Assembly: GCA_903813345.2 (NCBI GenBank)
Contig: CAIIXF020000001.1
Location: 17,422,001-17,486,000, forward strand
Origin: Owenia fusiformis
Taxonomy: Eukaryota
Reading direction: 5' to 3'
Length of the DNA stretch: 64,000 bases
The notes under the pieces were generated by a model, which made no database searches, was not told where the DNA came from, and worked only from the letters and a program-made list of their open reading frames with translations. This document shows positions 61,621 through 64,000 of the stretch, in pieces. Each line of letters opens with the position of its first letter. Position 1 is the first letter of the stretch. Position numbers and translations under genes: made by a program.

Positions 61621-63243
61621 TGTAGTAGTAGTATATTTGTTTATTAAAGTCTCACATGTCTCCTGGACATCAAGCCGTTGCCGGCTTAGGAGAGACTATA
61701 AAATGTAGTACATTAAAATTCAATTTATAAAATGGTGTTTAAAATATAATCAGTTTAGCCATATTAAAATATTAATGTTCTTCTGTGTTTCATTATATTA
61801 ATCAATGTATTGGCTAAAGTCCTATGTAGGTTGGAGTTCATAATGAGAGCATATTGAACTAGATTATTGCACTGATTAAAGTCACTATATAAAATATTCA
61901 TTTTGTTTATAAGTTCTTGCCTTTGTTGTTCATACATATTGCAAGATAAAAGAATGTGTCTTTCATCTTCAATTGAGCCTGTCCCACATATACAAAGTCT
62001 GTTATCAATGGGAGTTGGTGGTCTACAGTATCTGCCAGTCTCTATATGGATTTTGCATGTGTTTTGTGTAGCCTGTAGGTACGTAACTTGTTACCATTTA
62101 TTGGAGCTTTGCTGTCATCCCAGAGATTATGCATCCATGTGGTGTGATCCGCCGAAATAAGCAGTTGCTTGAAGGCTTGAAGTTTTGTCTTTACATTAGA
62201 TATATATGGTTCATTGAAGTATTCTGTTCCAGACGATTCAAATAACAAGGTAGTCTGCATTTCCCATGACTTTGATCGTCCTGGAAAAGTACATGATGAT
62301 GACCATATAAAGACTTTCCTATTGAGACGGTCATGGTCCATGTTAGTTAGCCTACAGAACAGACGTGCAATTTCCACACGCTGTTTAGTGTAAATTGATG
62401 GCCATGCCATGTCTCCGGTGGTGGCTATGTTTGGTGCACATTTCCCAAGGCATAGAAAATAACGACATGCTCTGTTCTGTATGGCATTTATGCATGAATA
62501 CTGTCTTGTACCCCATATTCCAGCTCCATATAGGAGAATTGGCTGGACCATAGTTTCAAAAAGTCTTGTGTATACTTTATATGGGAATCCTCCAAAGGAT
62601 TTAAATTTGGCAATCACCGCTCCAAGAGCTCGGTTGGCAGATTTTGCGAGTATTTTTACTGATTCATTATAGTCCAGATGTTCATTAAAATACAGTCCCA
62701 GATATTTATAATCATGTGTGTAATCAAGTGTAATTTCACCACATATAAATTGTTTCTGGCATCGATTAACATTTTTGGGGCGGAAATGCATTATTTTGGT
62801 TTTGTCTTTATTAATCTGTACTCTCCACTTTTTGCACCATTCATTTAATATATTAAGTAGTTGTTGTAGATTATCTGGGCTTGGGGCGATCAAAATAATA
62901 TCATCTGCATATGCTAAAATACCTATGTTAGTCCCTCCAATGTCAATGCCATATCCAGTGGTATTGATTTCTGATATAAGGTCATTGAGATATATCGAAA
63001 AAAGCGTGGGCGATAATTTGCACCCCTGTTTCAGACCACAGGTCACGTCAAACCATTCTGTACTGCTGCCGTCACTCATCCTTACTGCACACTGAACATC
63101 CTTGTACATTGATGTAATTGCAGCATACATACGTCCTTTAACACCCATGTTTGCAAGTTTGAGCCACATGCAGTCTCTATTGATATTGTCAAACGCACGG
63201 CGGGCGTCCACTAGAGAAACGAAGGTAGATTGCTTGTTATGAC
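61621..63243 (-). mobile_element. 5'-truncated non-LTR retrotransposon (L2/CR1-group-like LINE) with reverse transcriptase C-terminal half and 3' end
   Basis: ORF 62042..63211 has RT motifs VDARRAFD, GLKQGCKLSPTLFSIYLND, LAYADD and YKYLG. After a deletion/frameshift it continues IHIETGRY...CICGTGSIEDERHILLSC to a stop near 61764. The 3' UTR has a stem-loop, AATAAA and a (TAC)n tail. Confidence 0.92.
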
Positions 63244-63439
63244 CAATTGTACCATGTAGTTAAAATATAGGTATTTTATAAAGATTATGAAGATAAATGC
63301 TGCATGCTGGATGCCAAGAGGGTCCTTCAATAAATGTGAGCCTTCTGGCCTTCAGGACAATTCTGAATGGGTGAAATTACGGATGTCCCATAATAATTGC
63401 TTATATCATCTTACACACCCAGGGCCAACCTAAAATGAA

Positions 63440-63745
63440 CAATTTGCGTGAGATTTCCAAAAATTGTGGTACTTTTACGGGAGATTTTTCCAAAATCTGG
63501 TAGTTTTTACAGGAGGTTTTCTAATAAATTGGTAGTTTTCGCCATAGATTTTTAAAAATCGGCAGTTTTTGAGGTAAATTTTCAAACAACTGGAGTTTTT
63601 ACGGTAGTTTTGAAATAAAACGGTACTTTTTAAAAAAAAGCGGATTATCTCCTGTTTTTTCTAATAAAAGCAATAGTTCTTGCGGTTCTGCAAAAAGTGG
63701 TACTTTTGTGGGAGATTTTTGACAAAATCTGTTGTTTTTGCAACG
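63440..63745. repeat. Degenerate tandem repeat of about 30 bp (ggagattttccaaaatctggtagtttttac-like)
   Basis: Recurring gagatttt...aaat..ggtagtttt units. Confidence 0.65.
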
Positions 63746-64000
63746 AATGTTGAAAAACTTTGGACTTTGCCATGAATATACGCTTTGCATGGCCAGATTT
63801 GAATATTCACGCGAATTACATGTACGTCACGCATTTACTTCGAATTTGTGTGTCCCTAACCACCTAATTTTACATATTATTTGATGTTTTTGGTTCGTAT
63901 AGTAGAAAATAAATTTTGTAGACCATAATGCATCTTGGGTAAGAGTAATGCAACAAATAGGTTTTAAATATAGCTAATAAATAGGTAATACTCTGATAAT

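Overview
AT-rich, intron-containing animal genomic DNA; the repeat types suggest an invertebrate, but the species cannot be identified from the sequence. The window holds a complete 7-exon mitochondrial poly(A) polymerase gene (MTPAP, +, about 617 aa) and a complete 3-exon MRPS14 gene (+, 146 aa). Three tandem paralogous carbohydrate 6-O-sulfotransferase (CHST1/3/4/5/6-like) coding exons follow on the minus strand at about 10 kb spacing. The 3' six exons of NUP42/NUPL2 lie on the minus strand, and its 5' end was not found in the window. A 5'-truncated, internally deleted LINE sits near the right end. The rest is dense with often nested non-autonomous DNA transposons: mariner derivatives, TA- and TTAA-flanked MITEs, elements with 3-bp and 6-bp target duplications, Helentron/DINE-1-like elements, long foldbacks and hairpin elements. 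The most interesting signals are an inverted duplication bounded by transposon ends (47.5-51.0 kb), an apparently identical 352-bp inverted repeat around MRPS14 exon 1, mosaic divergence among the sulfotransferases, and GLFG-type repeats in NUP42. No prokaryote-type system (CRISPR array, operon) or RNA gene is supported. Exon boundaries and repeat limits were read by eye.
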